Of a stretch of 64,000 bases of DNA, positions 1 through 8,449 are shown one piece after another (position 1 is the first letter of the stretch; each line of letters begins with the position of its first letter). The translations under genes and the position numbers were made by a program. Source of the stretch: Minisyncoccota bacterium (GTDB taxonomy: Bacteria > Patescibacteriota > Minisyncoccia > Phycocordibacterales > SBAW01); assembly GCA_035548815.1 (NCBI GenBank), contig DASZSF010000004.1, positions 57,261 to 121,260 of the forward strand, read 5' to 3'. A model generated the notes under the pieces. The model searched no databases and was not told where the DNA came from. It saw only the letters and a list, made by a program, of their open reading frames with translations.

Positions 1-3000
1 TTGCGGCGCTTGAAACGGTCTGGCCGTTGATGAGCCCCGACGTTATGGTGCCCGCGCCGACGCTCAAATTGCCGTTAAAGACGTTGGTTGAGCCGAGCGT
101 CAAACGCGTCGCCGCTGACGAATCTTTGAGAATATTTCCGTTTATCTGCAGCTTGTCGTCGACGGTGAGCGTGTCGCTCGAGATGTTGTAAATGGCGTTT
201 TGCAGGCCAAGCGACGCCTGTATGGTCGTGTCTCCTTCCGCGTCGACGCGGAAGCGCTCGATGCCGTTCACCCCGATGCCCAAGAGCGTGTTGTCGGTCG
301 AGCCACTCGACGGGTTGATGTAGAGGCTGCCCTGCGCGAGGCCCGCGCCCGAAGGCGCCGCCGTCAGCGCCAGCGTGCCTGCGATGGTCGAGGTTGCGGT
401 GCCCGATACCGTCAGCGAATTCGTCAGGCTGACTGGGAAGTTGTTGAATTCGAACTGCTTGGAGACCGAGTTCCACTTGAGCGTCGCGTTGGGGCTGGCG
501 ATGCCACGCGAAAACGCGAGCGTCGCGTCTTCGGTGTCGTTCGTCGCGTTGTCGGAGTTGATGACGAAGGTCGACGACGCCGTGCCGCCCGCGACGACAT
601 TGGTAACGTTGAGCGTCTCCGCATAGACATTCGCAAAGCGCTGCGTCGGCGAGCCGAGGTTGTAGGTCGCGTCGGCGTTGGGGACAAGGTCCGATGCGGC
701 CTCGCCGTTAAACACGATGTTGTTCGACGCGTTGGCACCGAGCGTCGTATTGCCAAGGACGCTCAGGTGGCCCGCCAGCACGTTGGTGCCCGTCGTATTG
801 GTGGAGTTGAAGGTGCCGACGATCTGCACATCGCCTTCCGCGTCGATGCGGGCGCGCTCTGCCCCGTTGACGGCGAGCCCCACAAGCACGTTGTTGGTGC
901 CGGCGCTGGCCGGGTTGATGTACACCGAGCCCTGTCCGATGCTGGCGCCCGACGGCAGCGACAGCACCTGCAACTGGCCGCCCGTTATCGACGACACTGT
1001 CGCACCGTTGACAGTGAGCGCACCGCCCACATACATGCCCCCGGTCGTCGTCGCACCACCCGCGACGGTTAGGCCGCCGGTCTCTGTGCCGGTGCCGATG
1101 GTCGTCGACGCTAGAAAGAGGTTCCCGCCCGTAAATTGGTTGTTGTCGGCGAGCAATGTTGACGATGCCGCGGTGATGGTGATGGAGCCGCCCGCATTCA
1201 ACAGCGAGCCGTTGATAGTGCCGAGCGGGCCGGCAAGGATGTCCGCGCCGATGCTCGAGGTCGCGACGACCTGGCCTGACGCGTTGATCGAGAGCAGCGC
1301 GTTGGCGAGCGCTGGAAGCACGAGCGCGCCGACGCTGACGTTGTTCGCGAAGTACGCGTTGCCCGTCGTTGTCGAGTTGCCGCTCACCGTGAGGCCGCCC
1401 TGTGCCGACCCGTTGCCAATGGTCGTCGATGCGTATGCTGTCAGGCCAGCGTCGAACTGGACAAGCGTCGAGGTCGCGTTGCCAGGCTGCTGGAACGGGT
1501 ATGACGCGGCCACGGTCGTAAACAACGAGCTACTGCTGACCTTCTGGTTGAAGAGGTTCCAGTCGCTTGATGCGAGGTAGCCGTCCGTCGAGCCGTTTGC
1601 CTGCGAGATCGAAAGCGTGTTCCCGGAGAACGAAAGCGGGCCCAAGACGGTGGTGTTTGCCACGGAGCCGTCCGCGTTGGTCGAGAGCAAGGCGCCCGCG
1701 AGGCCCGTGATTGCAAATGAGGTTGAGGTTGCAGTTGTGAGGGCCGTGTTACCGCTAAAGATGTTGGTGCCCGAGAAGGTGTTGTTGTCGGCGAGCAATG
1801 TTGACGAGGCGGTGGAGATGTTAATGGAACCGCCCGCGGGTACGTCGAACCCGTTGATGGTTGCCAAGGTTCCCGTGAGAAGGTTGGTGCCTATAGAGGT
1901 CGTTGCTATGACCGAACCGTCTGCGTTGGTCGCAAGCAGCGCGTTGGCGAGCCCCGTGATGGCGAATGCGCTGGAGGTGGCGTTGGTCGTCTCAAACGAG
2001 GACAGGCTGACAGTGCCACTTATAGTGAGGTCGCCTGCGACATCCAGGGAGTTGGTTTTTATATATTTTGCGATGATCGAGTCCGCATTGGTCGTTCCAT
2101 GTTCCGTTACATCGTTAAGGTTATTGATGACTTGCGAAATGACGACATTTTGAAGCGGGCTTTCGTGGCCAGGATTCTGCAAGAACGCGATCTGCATTTG
2201 AAGCGCCATCTGCAGTGCACTGAGTCGTTCTTCGAGCTGTGCTGATGTTATACCGCTCACGACCGTCGTATGTTCTACCGTGCGTTCAATGACAGGATAC
2301 GTAATGTTCTGAACAACAGTGTTTGTGGTTCCACTCGTGCGAGGCGCAGTTGCAACAGTCGGAGTTGAAGTTGCTGTCTGGTGCACTGATACAGGTTTTG
2401 CTACAGGTTGCACTGCAACAGGGGTGTTTTGTTTAGGAGCAAACAAGATAGCAAAGACATTTGAGAGGAATTTTGTCGCCCCCGCAAAGGCATGCCCTGA
2501 TGGGGTTGGGAGTATCACGCCAGGAGCCTCAACGCCAAAGAATGGGACTTCTGTCTTTGCGACCGAAGCGACCTGATTTTCTTTCAAGGGGTGAAGGGTC
2601 GAGGCAAACACAAGCGCACCCACCAAGAAGAGCGAGCCGGCAAGTGCCGCAACCGAACTTCCGGCTGCAAGTGGACGTGCGTAATAATAAACTTTTTCAA
2701 AAAGACTGCCGTTTTGTTTTTTGTACGAAGCAACTTCAAGACGGCGTTCTTTTGCCAACTCTTCTGCGCGTTGGCGCTTTGCAGCGATACGGGATTCTTC
2801 AAAACGCGCAATCGATTCTGGAGTTACATACCACTGGCCATCAATTTGTTCGCCTTCAAGCTTTCCTTCCCGACACAATTTCGAAACATAATCTGCTGCG
2901 CACGAAAGTCTTTCCGCAGCCTGGCGAGTAGGAATAAGCTCAACTTTGCGATTTGTAGATACATCTGAAGCAGATGCGGCTTCACCAAACGACAAAACTG

Positions 3001-3298
3001 CTGCCAGGGCTTTTTGCAAGAAATTTGCATTCGCGGCACGGAAATTTTCGTTTTCCAAACGGCGTTGTTGTGCGAGCACTTCTGAGCGGCGTGCTTTTGC
3101 ACGTACCCTATTTTCTTCGAACACACTAATAGAAGCCGGGTCCACGTACCATACACCCTCCACCTGTTTGCCGATCAATTTTCCTTCGCGACAAAGTTTA
3201 GAAATGTAGTCCGGGGCACACTTCAAAAGCAGGGCTGCCTTGCGTGCCGGCAACATCAATTCACTCGTGTTTGAAATTATTTTTTTGGTGGATGACAT
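1..3298 (-). CDS. Giant cell-surface repeat protein (partial; C-terminus lies beyond window start): two tandem N-terminal HTH_17/excisionase-like modules, one signal-anchor TM helix, then >850 aa of Thr/Ser/Asn/Gly-rich beta-helix-like repeats
   Basis: Manual minus-strand translation from ATG at 3296-3298: MSSTKKIISNTSELMLPARKAALLLKCAPDYISKLCREGKLIGKQVEGVWYVDPASISVFEEN... second copy ...TRQAAERLSCAADYVSKLCREGKLEGEQIDGQWYVTPESIARFEES...; TM YYYARPLAAGSSVAALAGSLFLVGALVFAST; repeats e.g. LTVSGNSTTTGNAYFANNVSVGALVLPALANALLSINASGQVVATSSIG / GIERFRVDAEGDTTIQASLGL. Frame stays open to position 1. It is not in the ORF track (no in-window stop; the track seems to omit edge-truncated ORFs). The + strand track ORFs at 200-2576 are antisense artefacts of this gene. 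Confidence 0.7.
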   Translation of the reverse strand, partial: MSSTKKIISNTSELMLPARKAALLLKCAPDYISKLCREGKLIGKQVEGVWYVDPASISVFEENRVRAKARRSEVLAQQRRLENENFRAANANFLQKALAAVLSFGEAASASDVSTNRKVELIPTRQAAERLSCAADYVSKLCREGKLEGEQIDGQWYVTPESIARFEESRIAAKRQRAEELAKERRLEVASYKKQNGSLFEKVYYYARPLAAGSSVAALAGSLFLVGALVFASTLHPLKENQVASVAKTEVPFFGVEAPGVILPTPSGHAFAGATKFLSNVFAILFAPKQNTPVAVQPVAKPVSVHQTATSTPTVATAPRTSGTTNTVVQNITYPVIERTVEHTTVVSGITSAQLEERLSALQMALQMQIAFLQNPGHESPLQNVVISQVINNLNDVTEHGTTNADSIIAKYIKTNSLDVAGDLTISGTVSLSSFETTNATSSAFAITGLANALLATNADGSVIATTSIGTNLLTGTLATINGFDVPAGGSINISTASSTLLADNNTFSGTNIFSGNTALTTATSTSFAITGLAGALLSTNADGSVANTTVLGPLSFSGNTLSISQANGSTDGYLASSDWNLFNQKVSSSSLFTTVAASYPFQQPGNATSTLVQFDAGLTAYASTTIGNGSAQGGLTVSGNSTTTGNAYFANNVSVGALVLPALANALLSINASGQVVATSSIGADILAGPLGTINGSLLNAGGSITITAASSTLLADNNQFTGGNLFLASTTIGTGTETGGLTVAGGATTTGGMYVGGALTVNGATVSSITGGQLQVLSLPSGASIGQGSVYINPASAGTNNVLVGLAVNGAERARIDAEGDVQIVGTFNSTNTTGTNVLAGHLSVLGNTTLGANASNNIVFNGEAASDLVPNADATYNLGSPTQRFANVYAETLNVTNVVAGGTASSTFVINSDNATNDTEDATLAFSRGIASPNATLKWNSVSKQFEFNNFPVSLTNSLTVSGTATSTIAGTLALTAAPSGAGLAQGSLYINPSSGSTDNTLLGIGVNGIERFRVDAEGDTTIQASLGLQNAIYNISSDTLTVDDKLQINGNILKDSSAATRLTLGSTNVFNGNLSVGAGTITSGLINGQTVSSAA

Positions 3299-3477
3299 TG
3301 GCCCGATAAAACTTTTGTTTTTCCAGAGATTTCGGAGATACGCACTTACAAATTAAGTATACGGACGAGTTGCAAAAAACTTCAGAAAAAACTCATCGAA
3401 AACTGTGGATAGAAATTAAAAATATTTTTTACAAAATAAAAAACTACGCGCAATAAAATAGCTCAAAAATAGCCTTA

Positions 3478-3498
3478 TAGACCATCGTATATGGTCTA
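3478..3498. promoter_or_regulatory. 8-bp inverted repeat TAGACCAT-cgtat-ATGGTCTA inside the AT-rich upstream region of the giant surface-protein gene; candidate regulator binding site
   Basis: Perfect palindrome read directly in sequence; lies in the ~450 bp, ~25% GC intergenic region 3299-3751. Confidence 0.35.
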
Positions 3499-3685
3499 CG
3501 TAATAAAAATAGACATATCTCAGCTAGTTCCATACTGATTCTGTAAACCTGAGCTTTTTTATGATTAAAAATTTTATAAAACCAAAATTAAATTGATAAA
3601 TTTATTCTAAAACGATTTATCTCGGCTAATTTATATCTATATTTGGCAATATTTCTCGGATAAAAGATATTTATCGCCTATATAA

Positions 3686-3716
3686 AAATTAAAAAGATCC
3701 GATATTTCGCGGACCC
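3686..3716 (-). terminator. Putative intrinsic terminator of gene 3752-4465 (6-bp stem GGUCCG/CGGAUC, 8-nt loop, U-rich tail)
   Basis: Minus-strand RNA gguccgcgaaauaucggauc followed by uuuuuaauuuuu. Confidence 0.4.
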
Positions 3717-3751
3717 TCTGCCATCTCAGATGTATCTAAAACTAATTTATG

Positions 3752-4465
3752 CTATTTTTGACAACTTTTGAAAATGAAGCAGAGTGTTGCTTCTTGTATG
3801 TAGGATATGCTTGCTGGCTTCCCATTTTCCACCGTTACAAGCGAATTTATCTCTAATGAGCCGAAGAAAGATACAGCAAGGATAAGTGCTGCGAAGGAGA
3901 CAAGGGATACTGTTAACATACTCTTTTTCGCTATACTGATCTTCTTTTTTGGAGTTATAGTCACAGGCGGTATATTCTCTTGAATTCGCGGAGCTGCCGC
4001 TGGCTGCACACGCGCTGCAAAAACTGGCGTTGGGCGTTTTGCTATCTCGGGAAACAGAGGGCGGTTATCTGCGATATAGGTAAGTGTCTGATGACGTACG
4101 GGGGTTGGAAGAGGAGCAGCTACTGGAGCAATGGATTTCTCTTCAAGCACCTCTATGGTACTGATCTCAACTGCTGGTACCACTTCTTCTTTCTTTTCTT
4201 CCTTAGCCTCTTCACTAACTACTGCAATAGAAATGGCTTCAGGCTGAGGCTCAGACGCGATCTCAGGAGCAATATAGGCTGTCTTCTCTTTGTTTAGATA
4301 ATCAACAAAGGACTGTTCATCTACATACCACGCACGTCCCACTTTCGTGCCAATCACCTTTCCACCACGAATAAGCTGACCGATGTAGTCAGCATGGTAG
4401 CGGTTCTCTTTAGCTATCCGCTTAGACGATATGTATCGCTTCCCCGAGATTTCTAATTCATCCAT
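3752..4465 (-). CDS. Membrane-anchored protein with N-terminal HTH_17/excisionase-like module (paralogous to the modules on the giant protein), acidic/Pro-rich linker, single C-terminal TM helix and short external tail
   Basis: ORF track 237 aa; N-term ISSKRIAKENRYHADYIGQLIRGGKVIGTKVGRAWYVDEQSFVDYL matches the motif DY[IV]SKLCREGKL.G.Q..G.WYV of the neighbour; TM MLTVSLVSFAALILAVSFFGSL. Confidence 0.6.
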   Translation of the reverse strand: MDELEISGKRYISSKRIAKENRYHADYIGQLIRGGKVIGTKVGRAWYVDEQSFVDYLNKEKTAYIAPEIASEPQPEAISIAVVSEEAKEEKKEEVVPAVEISTIEVLEEKSIAPVAAPLPTPVRHQTLTYIADNRPLFPEIAKRPTPVFAARVQPAAAPRIQENIPPVTITPKKKISIAKKSMLTVSLVSFAALILAVSFFGSLEINSLVTVENGKPASISYIQEATLCFIFKSCQK

Positions 4466-4485
4466 ATAAGGTAAGTATATCTCGG

Positions 4486-4512
4486 CAACAAAATACCCGC
4501 CATTTAGCGGGT
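4486..4512 (-). terminator. Intrinsic terminator downstream of gatB (stem ACCCGC/GCGGGU, U-rich tail)
   Basis: Minus-strand RNA acccgcuaaauggcggguauuuuguug directly after the gatB stop. Confidence 0.5.
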
Positions 4513-4534
4513 GTGCAGAAATATGGTCTGTCGC

Positions 4535-5896
4535 TTATGAAAGAGCTTTTTTGAACTCTTCTGCCAGCGCTCCTGGGTTAGCTGAGCCCTTGCTCTCACG
4601 CATAGCCATGCCAACCAAGAACTGGAGAGTAGCTGCCTTCCCTGCCTTATATTCAGCAACAGGTCCCGGATGAGCAGCGACAATCTTAGCCACAAGTTGA
4701 GGAATCATCGATGCGCTTGCGGTCTCAACAAGTTCACCAGAAAGAATAGATGCTTTTGCCTGAGGCGACGCAAGTTTGCCCTGAGCAAAGCCGCGAACCA
4801 CTTCTACTAAAAGAGTTTCTTTTGGCAACCATATTGGATCTTTTTTACGCTGACCTGCGATATCGTTGAGTATAAAGTTTGCAGCAATCTTCACGAGTTC
4901 AGGTTCTTTGAGTTCTGCTTCCATATGTGAAAAGAACGCGGAGAGTTCTGCATCCCCCACTAACTGCTCGATGTCCTGCGGCTGCAAAAATCCTAGACTC
5001 GAAAGACGAGCTCGCTTATTCCACGGAAGCTCGGGCAATGATGCCTCAAGTGTATCGTGAGAAAATTCTGCGATCTCAGAAAGTTTTAATTTTGGGAGAT
5101 CAGGGTCTGGGAAATATCGATAGTCGTGAGCGCGCTCTTTCTTGCGCTGCGAGAATGTCGCACCGGTCTCTTCATTCCACCCACGAGTCTCTTGTACAAG
5201 CGCACCCCCCTTCTCTAAAACCTCGATGTGCCGAGCAACCTCAAATGCAATAGCGCGCTCAACGCTTCGGAAGGAGTTCAAGTTCTTTACCTCGACTTTG
5301 GTACCGAGGCTCTTGTCACGGCTAACAGAGATATTCGCCTCCACGCGCATCTCGCCCTTTTCCATGTTAGCTTCGCTGGCACCTAAATAGCGCAGCAACA
5401 GCTGCAGTTCGCGTGCAAATGCGCCAGCATCTTCTGCTGAATGGATGACCGGCTCGGTCACAAGTTCCATCAAAGGCACTCCTGCGCGATTGTAATCAAC
5501 CAAACTCGTCTCCCCCACATGCTGTGAGCGAGCTGTGTCTTCTTCCAAGTGCACGCGCGTTATGTTGATATTGCGCAACATTCCTCCGCTTACAAGTGGA
5601 TATGCATACTGGCTTAGCTGGTACCCTTTTGGAATGTCGGGGTAGAAATAGCTTTTACGATCAAACTCCGTGTAGTCTGCAAGTTCTGCGCCAAGTGATT
5701 TTCCGACACGGAGCACGTGCCGTACGGCTTCTTTGTTTATCACTGGCAAACTCCCCGGGTGCGCCATGCACACTGGGCAAATATTGATGTTGGGGCGCTT
5801 TTCGTCGGCATTATTTGCGCATGCGCAAAACATCTTGGTGCGTGTCTTGAGCTCCGCATGGATTTCCAAGCCTATGGTGGGCCGATATTCGGTCAT
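4535..5896 (-). CDS. gatB: Asp-tRNA(Asn)/Glu-tRNA(Gln) amidotransferase subunit B
   Basis: 453 aa; N-term EYRPTIGLEIHAELKT...FCAC...ICPVCMAHPGSLPV and C-terminal GatB/YqeY-like region are typical GatB. Confidence 0.95.
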   Translation of the reverse strand: MTEYRPTIGLEIHAELKTRTKMFCACANNADEKRPNINICPVCMAHPGSLPVINKEAVRHVLRVGKSLGAELADYTEFDRKSYFYPDIPKGYQLSQYAYPLVSGGMLRNINITRVHLEEDTARSQHVGETSLVDYNRAGVPLMELVTEPVIHSAEDAGAFARELQLLLRYLGASEANMEKGEMRVEANISVSRDKSLGTKVEVKNLNSFRSVERAIAFEVARHIEVLEKGGALVQETRGWNEETGATFSQRKKERAHDYRYFPDPDLPKLKLSEIAEFSHDTLEASLPELPWNKRARLSSLGFLQPQDIEQLVGDAELSAFFSHMEAELKEPELVKIAANFILNDIAGQRKKDPIWLPKETLLVEVVRGFAQGKLASPQAKASILSGELVETASASMIPQLVAKIVAAHPGPVAEYKAGKAATLQFLVGMAMRESKGSANPGALAEEFKKALS

Positions 5897-5900
5897 TCCC

Positions 5901-6875
5901 CTATACTACACGCAAGCGTGCAATAAGTGTATCCCGGAGGTTTTTTACCAACTCGTCATCAAGTATGGAAACAAAGACTGTCTCCTTCCCTTCCCTGGCG
6001 AATGCGTTCTCTACCTCACGGAGATGTTCCACGGTACAAGCATCTGATTTCGTCAAAACGAGCATCTCAGGTTTTTCTGAAAGTACTCCATCTTCAAACT
6101 GAGCGAGCTCTGAACGGATGCGGCGGTAGTCCGCCACAGGGTCTTCTGATTCGAGCGATACGCAATGTACCAGCAATTGGGTACGCGAGATATGGCGCAA
6201 AAATTGGAACCCGAGACCTTTTCCGTGCGACGCCCCCTCGATTACCCCAGGAATATCGGCAATAACATATCCATATAGTGCGCCGAGATTTGGATCGAGC
6301 GTGGTAAATACATACGCACCAACTTTTGCCGAAGCGCCGGTAAGGGCATTTAAAAGAGATGACTTTCCGGCATTTGGAAGCCCGACAAGCCCTGCGTTTG
6401 CAATAAGTCTAAGTTCAATGTGCAGCCGAGCCGCTTCTCCCCGCGCACCTGGCGTGCTTTCTTTAGGGCTTTGGTTCACCGACGATTTAAATGCAGCATT
6501 GCCGGCACCTCCCCGCCCGCCCTTAAGCACGAGCATCTGCTGTCCGTCTTCCGTGAGTTCAAACTCCTCCCCTGTATTTTCGTTGCGAATACGCGAACCT
6601 ATCGGCAAATCGAGCACAAAATCTGCACCTGCATGACCTGCTCTATGGCGGTTTGCACCCTCTTTACCGTCTTCTGCCTGGAATTTCTTTTCGCCGCGGT
6701 ATCGTGCAAGGAGGTTAATGTCGCGCACGCCGCGAATATAAAAATCTCCGCCGTCGCCTCCATTGCCACCAGCAGGTCCGGAAAATTCTTGCGCTTTCAA
6801 ATGCAGCCATCGTACGACACCATCGCCTCCGTTGCCTGCGCGCGCATCTATATCCAGTTCATCAACAAACGCCAT
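5901..6875 (-). CDS. obg: GTPase Obg/CgtA
   Basis: 324 aa; Obg fold N-term (glycine-rich GGDGG repeats) and G domain GLVGLPNAGKSSLLNALT, DIPGVIEGA. Confidence 0.95.
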   Translation of the reverse strand: MAFVDELDIDARAGNGGDGVVRWLHLKAQEFSGPAGGNGGDGGDFYIRGVRDINLLARYRGEKKFQAEDGKEGANRHRAGHAGADFVLDLPIGSRIRNENTGEEFELTEDGQQMLVLKGGRGGAGNAAFKSSVNQSPKESTPGARGEAARLHIELRLIANAGLVGLPNAGKSSLLNALTGASAKVGAYVFTTLDPNLGALYGYVIADIPGVIEGASHGKGLGFQFLRHISRTQLLVHCVSLESEDPVADYRRIRSELAQFEDGVLSEKPEMLVLTKSDACTVEHLREVENAFAREGKETVFVSILDDELVKNLRDTLIARLRVV

Positions 6876-6883
6876 AGGAACAC

Positions 6884-7234
6884 TTAGCCCTGCGGCTTCT
6901 TAAAGGCTGCGTGGAGGATCATGGAAACGACCGAAAGCAGCGCTGATGCTTCAAGTGCTGGAATAAAGCCTGCGACGCTAAAGCCCTGCACGAATTCTGC
7001 GAGGAGCCAGAACAGTAGCGCGTTTAAAATAAACGAAAAGAGGCCGAGCGTCAGTATCGTTATAGGAAAGGTAAACAATGTGAGCAACGGGCGCACGGTT
7101 ACGCCAATAATGCCCCACAAAAGCGCTACCCAGACAGCCGTACCAAAACTTGCGATAGCAATGCCCGGCACATAGCGGGCAATAAGCAGCAGTGCCCCTG
7201 CAGTGATCAATATTTTTGCAATGAGTCTAAGCAT
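6884..7234 (-). CDS. Small 4-TM membrane protein, DUF360 / phage holin family 4-like
   Basis: 116 aa, four hydrophobic helices; pattern ...RPLLTLFTFPITILTLGLFSFILNALLFWLLAEF... resembles the Phage_holin_4_2 family. Confidence 0.55.
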   Translation of the reverse strand: MLRLIAKILITAGALLLIARYVPGIAIASFGTAVWVALLWGIIGVTVRPLLTLFTFPITILTLGLFSFILNALLFWLLAEFVQGFSVAGFIPALEASALLSVVSMILHAAFKKPQG

Positions 7235-7251
7235 AGCGCAATCGTACTATG

Positions 7252-8010
7252 TCACAGGTGGTTGAGCAACGATGCGTAGGCGTCGGGTGAAAAAAGTCCA
7301 GTTATCCAGCCGGCAAAAATATCCATATATCCAAACAACATATAAGCGCCGAACGCGACAAGGATGCCGCCTGCAACTTTGGACAGCAGTTCAACTGCAC
7401 CCTGCATGCGTGCAAAATATGCGCCTGCTTGTGTCAGCAGGAATGCGGTCACTAGAAACGGAATACCGAGGCCGAGCGAAAATACTGCGAGTAGTAGTGC
7501 GCCTTGAGCTGCCGTTGCGCTGGCCGACGCGTAGAGCAGTATCGTCCCAAGAATAGGTCCAATGCAGGGCGTCCATCCAAGCGCAAACAAAACTCCCATC
7601 AAAAAGGAGCTCTCGGGACGACCGACAACAATAAAATGAGGTGTCTTGATACGGCGATCCGACATGAGCACTGGTATGCGGACCAACCCTAGCATTGTTA
7701 AACCAAAGAATATGATCACCGCCCCAGCCACGCGGGTTATGATGCTGCGCCACGGTCCAACCAACGCACCAATGCTTGCGGCAAAGAGTCCTAACACAAT
7801 AAATATAAGGGATAACCCGAGCACGAAACACGACGCGTTCACAAGCACACGACGGCGCGCTTCCTTTGAACCAGTTTTTTTGATCTCTCGCTCGGGGACG
7901 CCAGCAATAAATGCTAGGTACCCGGGCACAATAGGCAGCGTACACGGAGCTAAGAACATCAAGACGCCAGCAATGAATGCGGCGGGAATGAATGAAAGCG
8001 CGTCGGGCAT
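7252..8010 (-). CDS. ccdA: Cytochrome c-type biogenesis / thiol-disulfide transporter CcdA (DsbD-family) membrane protein
   Basis: 252 aa polytopic; conserved Cys motifs LAPCTLP and WTPCIGP. Confidence 0.85.
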   Translation of the reverse strand: MPDALSFIPAAFIAGVLMFLAPCTLPIVPGYLAFIAGVPEREIKKTGSKEARRRVLVNASCFVLGLSLIFIVLGLFAASIGALVGPWRSIITRVAGAVIIFFGLTMLGLVRIPVLMSDRRIKTPHFIVVGRPESSFLMGVLFALGWTPCIGPILGTILLYASASATAAQGALLLAVFSLGLGIPFLVTAFLLTQAGAYFARMQGAVELLSKVAGGILVAFGAYMLFGYMDIFAGWITGLFSPDAYASLLNHL

Positions 8011-8447
8011 TACCCTATTGTATCTAATATAGACTTCAAAAACTCGCGATCGCGTGGGTGTGTGAGGAGAGTGACAGCTTCAGCTGGTGCAACATAGCGG
8101 GCTTCTGTTATCTCGCCGTCTGGGTCACGTGGATGGAGCACATGCTGGCTTGTTTCAAATAAAAAGAAGGTCTTTTTTTGCATCCCCCAGTCGGTATTCT
8201 CGCCTTTCCCGTCCGCACTTATGGAATATCGTTCATACGAGCCGAGAGCTTTCACATAGGCAAGGTCAGTAATGCCTGTCTCTTCCTGGATTTCTCGGAT
8301 AGCCGCGTCGCGTGCGCTTTCACCTTCTTCAACATGACCTTTAGGAAGCGACCACGAATTACCGTGCTGACACACAAGCACAATACGGCCATCAGGCCCC
8401 TTGACTACCCCGCCCGCGCTTTCGCGTATAGTATCTTCGCGTGCCAT
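8010..8447 (-). CDS. NUDIX hydrolase
   Basis: 145 aa; Nudix box GHVEEGESARDAAIREIQEETGI. Confidence 0.85.
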   Translation of the reverse strand: MAREDTIRESAGGVVKGPDGRIVLVCQHGNSWSLPKGHVEEGESARDAAIREIQEETGITDLAYVKALGSYERYSISADGKGENTDWGMQKKTFFLFETSQHVLHPRDPDGEITEARYVAPAEAVTLLTHPRDREFLKSILDTIG

Positions 8448-8449
8448 TT

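Noticed and set aside
200-2576. Long + strand ORFs in the track (200-1072, 678-1580, 1617-2153, 2319-2576) with Ala/Pro/Val/Arg-rich translations
   Set aside because: They lie antisense to the continuous minus-strand surface-protein frame and switch frames repeatedly. Their low-complexity translations are typical of GC-rich antisense artefacts.
7981-8042. Apparent 1-nt discrepancy between my hand-counted positions and the track coordinates around the ccdA start / NUDIX stop (CATTA overlap)
   Set aside because: Most likely my own counting error in a homopolymer run. Track coordinates were used for CDS boundaries, and hand-derived coordinates elsewhere may be off by 1-2 nt.
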